Shown one piece after another: positions 11,843 to 20,592 of a stretch of 64,000 nt of DNA. The stretch is from assembly GCA_012518795.1 (NCBI GenBank), contig JAAYRL010000006.1, positions 7 through 64,006 of the forward strand, given 5' to 3'. The number at the start of each line of letters is the position of its first letter. The stretch's first letter is position 1. The stretch is from Clostridiaceae bacterium. Its GTDB lineage: Bacteria; Bacillota; Clostridia; Saccharofermentanales; DTU023. The notes under the pieces were generated by a model. The model saw only the letters and a program-made list of their open reading frames with translations. It was not told the origin of the DNA and made no database searches. The position numbers and the translations under genes were made by a program.

Positions 11843-13202
11843 GGCTGATTCTCCCTTCGATTGCAGTTTTTGCTGCTAAATAAGGACTCATTAAATGCGT
11901 TCTGGAACGTTCACCCTGCCTGCCTTCAAAATTACGATTTGAGGTTGAGGCGCAATGTGTTTCCGGAGCAACTCTGTCTTCATTCATTGCCAGACAATAT
12001 GAACAGCCGGGCATGCGCATTTCGCAGCCTGCTTCTTCGAAGACATCAACTAAACCTTCCTGTTCAGCTTGCTGTAAAACTTGCATTGAACCCGGAACAA
12101 TTACACAAGTGATATTGTCCGCTATCTTTTTGCCCTGCATCACTTCCGCAGCTATTCGCAAGTCGTTAATTCTTCCATTGGTGCAAGAACCGATAAAAAC
12201 AAAATCAATTGGTATATCGGCAGCTTTCATGCCCGGTTTAAGACCCATATATTGATAAGCAGTTTGATCTTCCGGCGATTTTATTTCAGGAAATTCTTGA
12301 TCAATGTCTACGGTCATGGAAGGATTCGTGCCATAACTGACTTGAGGTTTTAAGTCGGTTACATCTAGAGTAATAATTTTATCAAACAAAGACTCATCAT
12401 CCGTGTATAAGTCACTAATTGATTCTTTGAATTTTTCAAAATCTTCACCCTTCGGCGTATAGAGTCTACCTTCAATATAGTCCAAAGTCTTTTGATCCGG
12501 TTTAATCATGCCGAATTTTGCTCCGCCTTCGATTGACATATTACATAAACTTAATCTTTCTTCAATCGACATATTTTCAATAGTCTCACCGTAATATTCA
12601 ATTGCATATCCGGTACCGAAAGAGACACCGTTGTCGGCAATCAATTTTAAGATAATATCTTTAGCAAAAACATTATCCGACAGTTTCCCGACAATCTTCA
12701 CTCCCATATTTTTCGGTTTCGTTTGCCACATACATTGGGTCGCAAAAACATCTTCCACTTCACTGGTGCCGATACCAAAAGCAAGAGCTCCTAAAGCACC
12801 GTGAGTCGCAGTATGAGAGTCGCCGCATACTATTGTTTTGCCGGGTAAACTTAAGCCTAATTCAGGGCCGATCATATGGACAATTCCGTTATATTGAGAC
12901 TCCATATCAAATAAGGTCACGCCGAATTCTGCACAATTATCAGCCAAGCTTTTCAACTGTTCAGCTGACAACGGATCCGAGATTACATCGCGATGTGCCG
13001 CAATGGTTGGTGTATTATGATCCATCGTGGCAAAAGTACGATCGGGTCTTCTTAATTTGCGATTTTTCAAACGTAATCCTTCGAAAGCTTGGGGAGAAGT
13101 TACTTCATGAATTAAATGTAAATCTATATAAAGTAAATCTTTATCATCTTTCGTCACAATTACGTGTTTTTCCCAAATTTTGTCAAATAAAGTTTTCTGC
13201 AT
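11835..13202 (-). CDS. leuC: 3-isopropylmalate dehydratase large subunit
   Basis: 455 aa aconitase family (CGDSHT, GSCTNGR, Fe-S cysteines). Confidence 0.95.
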   Translation of the reverse strand: MQKTLFDKIWEKHVIVTKDDKDLLYIDLHLIHEVTSPQAFEGLRLKNRKLRRPDRTFATMDHNTPTIAAHRDVISDPLSAEQLKSLADNCAEFGVTLFDMESQYNGIVHMIGPELGLSLPGKTIVCGDSHTATHGALGALAFGIGTSEVEDVFATQCMWQTKPKNMGVKIVGKLSDNVFAKDIILKLIADNGVSFGTGYAIEYYGETIENMSIEERLSLCNMSIEGGAKFGMIKPDQKTLDYIEGRLYTPKGEDFEKFKESISDLYTDDESLFDKIITLDVTDLKPQVSYGTNPSMTVDIDQEFPEIKSPEDQTAYQYMGLKPGMKAADIPIDFVFIGSCTNGRINDLRIAAEVMQGKKIADNITCVIVPGSMQVLQQAEQEGLVDVFEEAGCEMRMPGCSYCLAMNEDRVAPETHCASTSNRNFEGRQGERSRTHLMSPYLAAKTAIEGRISLG

Positions 13203-13287
13203 TTAAAGCTCTCCTGACGTTACAGCTTGTATATTCAATTTAGTAAATAATTAAATATATAAATAATTAATCAGATATTTCGAATAT

Positions 13288-14793
13288 TTAATCCAGCATC
13301 TGTTTTTGTTGATTTACAGCATTTACATATGCAATAATGCTTGATTTAATAATATCATTGCTCAGACCTTTGCCGTTAAACACTTGACCGTTACTTCTTA
13401 AACTTAGGAATGTCTCACCTAAAGCATCCTTACCTCTGGTTACCGAATGAATTGCAAAATCTTCTAATTGGAATTTATCTCCGACGATATTTGCCATACA
13501 ATCAAAGGCAGCATCGACCGGTCCGGCACCCGAACCGACACGTTCAATCGTTTCTTTGCCATCGCTGAGTTTAATAATTGTTTTTGATTCTTTGCCATTG
13601 CTGGTAAAAGAAGAATAGTCAACCAATTCGTAACCGCCACTGACTTTTTGATACTCTCTGAGCATTAAAGCATGAATGTCACGATCATAGATATCTTTTT
13701 TAGTATCTGCTATATTCTTGAAATCAACAAAAACTTCTTCCATTTGTTGATCATCAACTTCATAACCTAATTCTTCAAGTTTAGCTCGCAAAGCATGTTT
13801 ACCGGAATGTTTGCCCAAGACAAGATTTTCAGTTTCTACCAAACCGATCATAGCCGGATCCATAATTTCATATGTTGATTTTTCTTGTAAAACTCCATGC
13901 TGATGAATTCCTGATTCATGCGCAAATACATTTTTACCCACAATCGGTTTTGTCGGGCTTACACGAGTGGCGGTAATTTGTTGTAACAGATTGGAAGTTC
14001 GCATGATTTCCGTAGTCTTAATCCCGGTATCTTCACCGTAATAATCATGACGAGTTTTCAACGCCATTACAATTTCTTCACAAGCTGCATTACCTGCACG
14101 TTCGCCAATTCCGTTGATGGTACATTCAACTTGGGCAGCTCCTACCTTAACCGCAGCCAGAGAATTTGCTACAGCTAAGCCTAAGTCATTATGACAATGT
14201 ACAGAAATATCTACCTTATCGGCATTCGGTACATTCTCAATCACAGTTTTTATCATATTGGCATATTCTTCCGGCACAGCATAACCAACTGTATCAGGTA
14301 AATTAATCGTTGTTGCACCATTCTGAATTGCAATATCGACAGCTTCACATAAAAAATCCAAATCCGTACGTGAAGCATCTTCACAAGAAAACTCAATATC
14401 ATCAACCAATGATTTAGCATAACTGACATATTCAGCAATATCTGCTAAAACTTCTTTTCTCGTCTTCTTTAATTTGTATTCTAAATGGATATCCGAAGTA
14501 GCAATAAATACGTGGATTCTTTTAAACTTTGCATCTTTAATCGCGTTATATGCAGCATCAATATCATTCTTGGTACAACGAGCTAAACCACAGATCACCG
14601 TCTTATTTAAAGTGCGAGCTATTGCTTGAACGGCATCAAAATCGCCTTGTGAAGCAGCGGGAAATCCGGCTTCGATGATATCAACACCCAAACGTTCGAG
14701 TTGTCTTGCCATTTGTAATTTTTCATGTAAATTCATCGAACAACCGGGCGATTGTTCTCCGTCTCTCAAGGTTGTATCAAATATTTTTATCAT
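13288..14793 (-). CDS. leuA: 2-isopropylmalate synthase
   Basis: 501 aa with [10 protein letters not shown] and [12 protein letters not shown], plus a C-terminal LeuA dimerisation/regulatory region. Confidence 0.95.
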   Translation of the reverse strand: MIKIFDTTLRDGEQSPGCSMNLHEKLQMARQLERLGVDIIEAGFPAASQGDFDAVQAIARTLNKTVICGLARCTKNDIDAAYNAIKDAKFKRIHVFIATSDIHLEYKLKKTRKEVLADIAEYVSYAKSLVDDIEFSCEDASRTDLDFLCEAVDIAIQNGATTINLPDTVGYAVPEEYANMIKTVIENVPNADKVDISVHCHNDLGLAVANSLAAVKVGAAQVECTINGIGERAGNAACEEIVMALKTRHDYYGEDTGIKTTEIMRTSNLLQQITATRVSPTKPIVGKNVFAHESGIHQHGVLQEKSTYEIMDPAMIGLVETENLVLGKHSGKHALRAKLEELGYEVDDQQMEEVFVDFKNIADTKKDIYDRDIHALMLREYQKVSGGYELVDYSSFTSNGKESKTIIKLSDGKETIERVGSGAGPVDAAFDCMANIVGDKFQLEDFAIHSVTRGKDALGETFLSLRSNGQVFNGKGLSNDIIKSSIIAYVNAVNQQKQMLD

Positions 14794-14821
14794 ATTTCCT
14801 CCTGATAATTTTCCGCTTAAA

Positions 14822-15135
14822 TAAAAAAACCCAGAGACTGCTCTCTGGGACGAATTATCGCGGTACCACCCAAATTAATGAATCTTGCAATTCATTCACT
14901 CTGCATCTATTTAACTGGTATTTTTCTATCATTCAATAATTTACTTTTAATATCATCCTGATCTTTTGATTTCTCGATCAGGTATAAAAGAAATTACTCG
15001 GACTAATATATTTGAGGTTCAATAATCTGAAAACCTCAAAGAAAAATCACGTCTGATACGAGGAACTGAGTAGTAATAAGTCTCTGCCGGCAATTTCCAC
15101 CTGCTTTGCCTCTCTATCGGTTTCAACAGATCACG
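14822..15135 (-). promoter_or_regulatory. T-box leader (Leu-type specifier likely) controlling leuA and downstream genes
   Basis: The minus strand reads AATTTGGGTGGTACCGCG (plus 14859-14876), the conserved T-box core, directly followed by the terminator CCCAGAGA-GCAG-TCTCTGGG + TTTTTTT. An AGAGA element and two Leu codons each followed by A (CUU-A in GAGACTTATT, CUC-A in TACTCAGT) lie upstream in the presumed Stem I. The 5' boundary is approximate. Confidence 0.8.
14823..14849 (-). terminator. Intrinsic terminator of the T-box attenuator
   Basis: 8-bp GC-rich stem (14830-14837 / 14842-14849) with a 4-nt loop and a 7-nt U tract (plus-strand A run at 14823-14829). Confidence 0.8.
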
Positions 15136-15360
15136 CGTTTCCTCTGAAAAATCTAGTTGCAAATCATTTTCAAAATTAAGTTTTGATTAATTTGAAAATT
15201 AATCTATTTCAAAAATGATAATTAAGACTAAACTACTTCTTTAATATAATAATGTAAAGAGCTGTTCCTGATTTTTATACGAATTAACAAATTATTATAC
15301 AAAAGCTTCTAATTGATTTAGCAATTTCATTAGTTTCATTAATATACTTATCTCAATAGC

Positions 15361-15399
15361 AAACCGCTTCAACCATTACATTGTGGTAGAAAGCGGTTT
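15361..15399. terminator. Hairpin downstream of the APH-like gene (possible terminator, orientation unclear)
   Basis: AAACCGCTT...AAGCGGTTT forms a 9-bp stem with a ~20-nt loop. The T-rich tail is better on the plus strand than on the minus strand. Confidence 0.35.
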
Positions 15400-15410
15400 T
15401 CCTTTGCTAG

Positions 15411-15506
15411 TTGATTGAGAAGCCACTGTTTTATTGAGAAGCTACTGTTTTATTGAGAAGCCACTATTTTATTGAGAAGCCACTGTTTTATTGATAATCT
15501 ACTACT
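15411..15506 (-). repeat. 19-bp tandem array x5; the last unit is the 3' end plus stop codon of the APH-like gene
   Basis: Units TTATTGAGAAGCCACTGTT at 15411-15430, 15431-49, 15450-68 and 15469-87. The fifth unit, 15488-15506 (TTATTGATAATCTACTACT), is the CDS end and differs at 5 of 19 positions. Confidence 0.9.
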
Positions 15507-16249
15507 TCTACCCAAGATAACAAGAATTCTCTTTCTTCTTCATTGCCTTTAACTGATTGACTTGCTGCCACAATCGGCATCCATAATTGCACATATTGTT
15601 TTGCAGTATCTGTTTTTTTACAGAATAAATTTAAATATTTTTCTGCTAATTCATCTTGCGCTTTCAGCTTAAACAATAAATAGGTTCTGGCAACATCAGC
15701 CGAAGCATTTCCTCTGGTTACATGCGACCAATCTAAAATATAAGGTGTATCATCTTTCGCTACAATAATATTAGATGGATTGAAGTCACCATGACATACT
15801 TTGTCATGTTTCGGCATAGATTCTAAACGGGTATGTAAATCATATCTGGTCGTGGCATCAAGATCGGTTTCTGATATTTTACGATGCATTTTGTCTTTTA
15901 ATTTATTTAACATCGGTGCTTTTTGCGCATGAACGCTTATTTGTAAATCTACAAAAAATTCCAAATACTCATCTTCCTTATCAGGATTTGCATCCATCAA
16001 ATCTTGTAAATTGTCTCCTTCGATGTAGTTCATAATGATAACAGAATCTGTTTCATTCATTTCTACTCCGACAATTTTAGCAATATCTAGCTCTGTCTCT
16101 TCTTCTACTCTGGCTGTATTCAAAGCTTCATTTAAAATATCCGCTTTTGAAAAACTTTTATCAAAAGTCTTATAAACTTTTCCATCTGCCTCATAGATTT
16201 TTTTATTTTTTCTTTCTGCAATTAAATTTTTAAATTTCATCTTCATCAC
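15488..16249 (-). CDS. APH/choline-kinase-fold phosphotransferase (substrate unknown)
   Basis: Catalytic loop HGDFNPSNIIV and metal-binding ILDWSHV. It abuts the adhE stop codon. SD AGGTG favours ATG at 16240 as an alternative start. Confidence 0.75.
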   Translation of the reverse strand: MMKMKFKNLIAERKNKKIYEADGKVYKTFDKSFSKADILNEALNTARVEEETELDIAKIVGVEMNETDSVIIMNYIEGDNLQDLMDANPDKEDEYLEFFVDLQISVHAQKAPMLNKLKDKMHRKISETDLDATTRYDLHTRLESMPKHDKVCHGDFNPSNIIVAKDDTPYILDWSHVTRGNASADVARTYLLFKLKAQDELAEKYLNLFCKKTDTAKQYVQLWMPIVAASQSVKGNEEEREFLLSWVEVVDYQ

Positions 16250-18925
16250 CTATGCTTTCTTGGATCTGTTTTTCTTTTTTAATTGCGATTCATTAGGCAT
16301 ATCGGGTTCTGCAAATGTCGATTCGCCATAATATGCATTGAGATATATTTGTTTTATCTCACTCATCAGCGGATAACGTGGATTTGCACCGGTACATTGA
16401 TCGTCAAAGGCATTTTCTACCATTTCATCTAATGTACTTAAGAATACTTCTTCATCAACTCCATATTCTTTGATAGAGTCTTTGATTTCAATATGCTTCC
16501 TTAACTTTTTAAATTCTGCTATTAAATTTTCTAATTTTTCTTCGTCATTTTTACCGCCTAATCCTAAATAATCAGCTACTTCAGCATATTTTTGTAATGC
16601 ATTGGGATATTGATATTGTGAGAAAGTCCCCATTTTAACAGGCTGTTCACTGGCATTAAAGCGAATGACTTGTTCTAATAATAATGCATTAGCAACACCA
16701 TGTGGTAAATGATGATAAGCACCTAATTTATGTGCTAATGAATGGCAAATTCCCAGGAAAGCATTGCCGAACGCCATTCCCGCCATACAGGCTGCATTCG
16801 CCATTTTTTCACGAGCTTCTACATCGTTGGTTCCATCATCATAACAACGAGGCAAATATTTAAATGTATTTTTCAAAGCATGTAACGCAATTCCATCTGT
16901 ATAATCTGTAGCCAACATAGCCACTAATGCTTCCATACAATGTGTAACTACATCAATACCGGAAGCAGCCGTAACACTTTTCGGTGCAGTCATATGATAA
17001 TCAACATCAATGATTGCCATTTGAGGTAATAATTCATAATCAGCTATCGGATACTTAATTTGTGTTTTTTCATCTGTGATAACTGAGAAAGGTGTAACTT
17101 CTGAACCTGTGCCTGCTGTAGTTGGAATTGCAACAAAATATGCTTTTTGTCCCATCTTGGGAAATTTATAAACCCGTTTTCTAATATCAATGAAGCGCAT
17201 TGCCATATCTTTGAAATCAACATCCGGATGCTCATAGAGAACCCACATGATTTTTGCAGCATCCATAGCGGAACCACCCCCAATTGCGATAATTGTATCC
17301 GGCTGGAATTGATTCATCTGTGCTGTACCTTCATAAACAGAAGCTAAAGTGGGATCCGGCTGGACATTGAAAAATGTTTGGTGATTGATTCCCATTTCAT
17401 CTAATTGCTTTTCAATGGCATCTGTAAAACCATTTTTATATAAAAACTCATCTGTAACGATAAAGACACGTTTTTTATTTTCTTCTTCTTTTAACTCTCT
17501 CAAGGCAACAGGCAAACAACCTTTTTTAATATAAATCTTAGATGGAATTCTAAACCACAGCATATTTTCTCTCCTCTCAGCAACCGTTTTAATATTCAGT
17601 AAATGTTTAACACCTACATTTTCACTTACTGAATTACCACCCCAGGAGCCACAACCTAAAGTTAAAGATGGTGTTAATTTGAAATTATATAAGTCACCGA
17701 TTCCGCCATGAGATGATGGAGTATTAACAAGAATTCGGCATGTCTTCATTCTTTGTTCGAATTCTCTTAATGTAGCTTTTTCTGTTAATTCATTTAAATA
17801 TATTGCAGAAGTATGACCATATCCGCCATCAGCTATCAAAGCCTCAGCTTTTGCAAATGCATCTTCTATATCGTCAGCTTTATACATAGCCAGAACGGGA
17901 GACAATTTTTCATGAGCAAATTCTTCGGACAATTCGACAGATTGAACTTCACCTATTAAAATTTTGGTTCCTTGAGGAACTTTCACATCTGCTATTTCTG
18001 CGATTGTTGCTGCGGATTGCCCTACAATTTTCGCATTTAAAGCACCATTTATAATAATAGTTTTTCTAACTTTATCTATTTCTTTGTCTTGCAAAAAATA
18101 ACAACCGCGTTTAGCAAATTCTGTTTTCACCTCATTATAAATTTCTTTTGCTACTATGACTGCTTGTTCTGATGCACAGATCATGCCATTATCAAATGTT
18201 TTAGAATGAATGACAGAATTAACTGCTAATTCTATATTTGCTGATTTGTCAATAATAGCCGGTGTATTCCCCGCACCAACACCTAAGGCAGGTTTGCCGG
18301 AAGAATATGCTGATTTGACCATACCGGGGCCACCGGTAGCTAAAATAATATCTGATTCTTTCATAACCATATTGGTTAATTCCAGAGAAGGAATATCGAT
18401 CCAATCAATTATTCCTTCAGGAGCACCTGCAGCTATAGCAGCTTCCGCTACAATCCTCGCTGCCTCTATAGTACATTCTTTTGCTCTGGGATGAGGGGAA
18501 ATAATAATAGCGTTTCTGGTTTTTAAAGAAATCAAACATTTAAAGATTGCTGTTGAAGTCGGATTTGTAGTTGGTATAACTGCTGCTACAACTCCAACAG
18601 GTTCCGCAATAATCTTATGACCGAAAGCTTGATCCTCTGAAATAATGCCGCAAGTTTTAGTATCACGATAAGCATTATAAATATGCTCAGAAGCATAATT
18701 ATTCTTAATGACTTTATCTTCAACGACTCCCATTTTTGTTTCTTCTACGGCTAGTTTAGCTAAGGGAATTCTTGCCTTATTCGCAGCGCTAGCAGCAGCA
18801 AAGAAAATTTTGTCTACCTGTTCTTGTGAAAATGTAGAGAAGATTTTCTGTGCCTCCTTCAAACGGCTCAAGGCTTTTGCTAAATCTTCTACATTAGTAA
18901 TTGCTTTTCTTTTTTCAGCCTCCAT
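16250..18925 (-). CDS. adhE: Bifunctional acetaldehyde-CoA / alcohol dehydrogenase
   Basis: N-terminal ALDH domain fused to a C-terminal Fe-ADH domain. The track ORF extends to 19021, but ATG at 18925 is preceded by AGGAGG (18931-18936) and gives a typical AdhE N-terminus (MEAEKRKAITNVEDL). Confidence 0.93.
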   Translation of the reverse strand: MEAEKRKAITNVEDLAKALSRLKEAQKIFSTFSQEQVDKIFFAAASAANKARIPLAKLAVEETKMGVVEDKVIKNNYASEHIYNAYRDTKTCGIISEDQAFGHKIIAEPVGVVAAVIPTTNPTSTAIFKCLISLKTRNAIIISPHPRAKECTIEAARIVAEAAIAAGAPEGIIDWIDIPSLELTNMVMKESDIILATGGPGMVKSAYSSGKPALGVGAGNTPAIIDKSANIELAVNSVIHSKTFDNGMICASEQAVIVAKEIYNEVKTEFAKRGCYFLQDKEIDKVRKTIIINGALNAKIVGQSAATIAEIADVKVPQGTKILIGEVQSVELSEEFAHEKLSPVLAMYKADDIEDAFAKAEALIADGGYGHTSAIYLNELTEKATLREFEQRMKTCRILVNTPSSHGGIGDLYNFKLTPSLTLGCGSWGGNSVSENVGVKHLLNIKTVAERRENMLWFRIPSKIYIKKGCLPVALRELKEEENKKRVFIVTDEFLYKNGFTDAIEKQLDEMGINHQTFFNVQPDPTLASVYEGTAQMNQFQPDTIIAIGGGSAMDAAKIMWVLYEHPDVDFKDMAMRFIDIRKRVYKFPKMGQKAYFVAIPTTAGTGSEVTPFSVITDEKTQIKYPIADYELLPQMAIIDVDYHMTAPKSVTAASGIDVVTHCMEALVAMLATDYTDGIALHALKNTFKYLPRCYDDGTNDVEAREKMANAACMAGMAFGNAFLGICHSLAHKLGAYHHLPHGVANALLLEQVIRFNASEQPVKMGTFSQYQYPNALQKYAEVADYLGLGGKNDEEKLENLIAEFKKLRKHIEIKDSIKEYGVDEEVFLSTLDEMVENAFDDQCTGANPRYPLMSEIKQIYLNAYYGESTFAEPDMPNESQLKKKNRSKKA

Positions 18926-18968
18926 TTTTTCCTCCTTCTGCCTCTTCGTCAGGCATCTATTTGTCTTT

Positions 18969-18997
18969 ATCGTAAACGTTTGCAGTAATAAATTCAA
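18969..18997 (-). promoter_or_regulatory. Candidate adhE promoter (TTGAAT-17-TACGAT)
   Basis: Minus strand has -35 TTGAAT (18992-18997), a 17-nt spacer and -10 TACGAT (18969-18974), about 45 nt upstream of the adhE ATG. Sequence match only. Confidence 0.35.
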
Positions 18998-19035
18998 TGA
19001 TTTATTTGTTGATTTTAACAACTTAAACGTTTACG
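18971..19035. promoter_or_regulatory. Pair of AAACGTTT-core palindromes (cre-like) bracketing the candidate adhE promoter
   Basis: CGTAAACGTTTGCA (18971-18984) and CTTAAACGTTTACG (19022-19035) share the 11-nt inverted repeat CGTAAACGTTT / AAACGTTTACG, 51 bp centre to centre. Each is a partial match to the CcpA cre consensus TGWAANCGNTNWCA. Confidence 0.35.
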
Positions 19036-19058
19036 GAATTGTCGTAACTGCACAAAAA

Positions 19059-19300
19059 GGTTTCTGCTCAGAATTTGGAGCTGGGCAAATCTTCATTTGT
19101 CCAACGCGGAATAGTGAGCAGTTTCCATGATTAGGAGACCGGTTTCTGCTCAGAATTTGGAGCTGTGCAAATTTTCATTTGTCCAACGCGGAAAAATGAG
19201 CAGTTTCTATGATTAGGAGACCGGTTTCTGCTCAGAATTTTGAGCTAGGCAAATCTTCATTTGTCCAACGCGGAAAAGTGAGCTGGGATCATGGTTAGGA
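19059..19300. repeat. 82-bp structured tandem repeat x3 (element family L1)
   Basis: Units at 19059-19140, 19141-19222 and 19223-~19300. Units 1 and 2 differ at 5 positions by my count. Each has the outer stem CTGCTCA/TGAGCAG, the inner stem TTGGA/TCCAA, the apical hairpin GCAAAT-CTTC-ATTTGT, and the tail AGGAGACCGGTTT. Confidence 0.9.
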
Positions 19301-19360
19301 TTTTTCGGAAATCTAAAATCTTTTATATCTAAAATTTTTTATATTTTAAAAGAGAATTTT

Positions 19361-19401
19361 AAAAGAGACTGCTCAAAACTCTTTTATTTCGAGACAGTCC
19401 C
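19361..19401 (-). terminator. fba terminator hairpin
   Basis: Minus strand reads GGGACUG...CAGUCUC followed by UUUU, about 70 nt after the fba stop. Confidence 0.55.
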
Positions 19402-19470
19402 TTGTTAATTAAATTTTCTAAAGTATTTTATATCTTATTATTTTATTAAATTCAGTTTTTACAAATATTA

Positions 19471-20406
19471 CTATGCTTTGCCGTCTGAGCCTAAAACATC
19501 GGTAATTTTATGTCTGACCAGTTCACGAATAGCATCGCGAGCAGGTCCCAAATATTTACGCGGATCGAACTCTGCCGGAGATTCATTAAAGACACGTCTG
19601 ATTGTACCTGTCATAGCCAAACGCAAATCAGAGTCGATATTAATTTTGCAAACTGCTCTGCGTGCTGCTTCTCTCAGCATCGGTTCCGGACAGCCTAATG
19701 CATCTTCTAAAGCACCGCCGTTAGCATTGATCATTTCTACAAATTCAGGAATGACCGAGCTGGCACCGTGTAAAACGATCGGGAAACCGGGAAGTCTTTT
19801 CGCTACTTCATCTAAAATATCAAATCTTAATTTTATGTCGGTACCGGGTTTAAATTTATAAGCACCATGACTGGTTCCGATCGCAATTGCTAATGAGTCA
19901 CAACCGGTACGTGTTACAAAATCTTCAACTTCATCCGGATCTGTATAGCTTGAATCTTCAGCTGATACATTAACCTCATCTTCAATACCTGCTAAACGTC
20001 CTAATTCCGCTTCAACAACAACGCCATGTGCATGAGCATATTCAACAACCTGTTTGGTTAAAGCAACATTATCTTCATAGTCTAAATGCGAACCGTCGAT
20101 CATTACTGAGGTGAAACCACCGTCAATACAGCTTTTACATAATTCAAAAGTATCACCGTGATCTAAATGTAAAGCAATTGGAATATCGGTTTCTTGAACT
20201 GCCGCTTCAACTAATTTCATCAAATATGTATGATTTGCATATTTTCTGGCACCTGAAGAAACTTGCAAAATCAAAGGTGAATTTAATTCATTTGCCGCTT
20301 CCGTGATACCCTGGACAATTTCCATGTTATTTACATTGAAAGCACCTATCGCATAGCCGCCATCATATGCATCTTTAAACATCTTCTCTGTTGTTACTAA
20401 TGCCAT
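19471..20406 (-). CDS. fba: Fructose-bisphosphate aldolase, class II
   Basis: 311 aa with the class II metal-binding pattern (LHLDHG, IDGSHL, AIGTSHGAYK). Confidence 0.93.
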   Translation of the reverse strand: MALVTTEKMFKDAYDGGYAIGAFNVNNMEIVQGITEAANELNSPLILQVSSGARKYANHTYLMKLVEAAVQETDIPIALHLDHGDTFELCKSCIDGGFTSVMIDGSHLDYEDNVALTKQVVEYAHAHGVVVEAELGRLAGIEDEVNVSAEDSSYTDPDEVEDFVTRTGCDSLAIAIGTSHGAYKFKPGTDIKLRFDILDEVAKRLPGFPIVLHGASSVIPEFVEMINANGGALEDALGCPEPMLREAARRAVCKINIDSDLRLAMTGTIRRVFNESPAEFDPRKYLGPARDAIRELVRHKITDVLGSDGKA

Positions 20407-20519
20407 TTTAATTCTCCTTTAAATTAATCTTATTTGTTAAACTTTTTACAAAATTGATAATAAACACATTATATTACTAAAACACTAAATCTTCAATCAC
20501 AACCGGCTCCATAACAAGA

Positions 20520-20592
20520 TCAATTTATTCTTCTTCTCAATTTATTCTTCTCAATTTATTCTTCTCAATTTATTCTTCCAAATTTATTCTTT
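20520..20592 (-). repeat. 14-bp tandem array x5; the last unit contains the valS stop codon
   Basis: TCAATTTATTCTTC at 20520-33, 20537-50, 20551-64 and 20565-78. The unit at 20579-92 (CAAATTTATTCTTT) carries the valS TAA (20584-86). Confidence 0.9.

Noticed and set aside
19094-19100. GTCCAAC in L1 and L2 units matches the integron attC inverse-core pattern RYYYAAC
   Set aside because: No matching GTTRRRY core is found at the other end of the units, there is no integrase, and the units are not gene cassettes.
19126-19290. Chain of 27-codon ORFs inside the L1 units (MIRRPVSAQNLELCKFSFVQRGKMSSFYD), each with its stop overlapping the next ATG (ATGATTAG)
   Set aside because: No SD precedes any of the ATGs. 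The 82-bp period shifts the frame from unit to unit, and differences between units are not biased toward synonymous changes. The ORFs are most simply a by-product of the repeat.
19059-19300. Possible CRISPR array (also considered for 42602-42934)
   Set aside because: The entire 82- or 92-bp unit is repeated nearly identically. There are no unique spacers between short repeats, and no cas genes are in the window.
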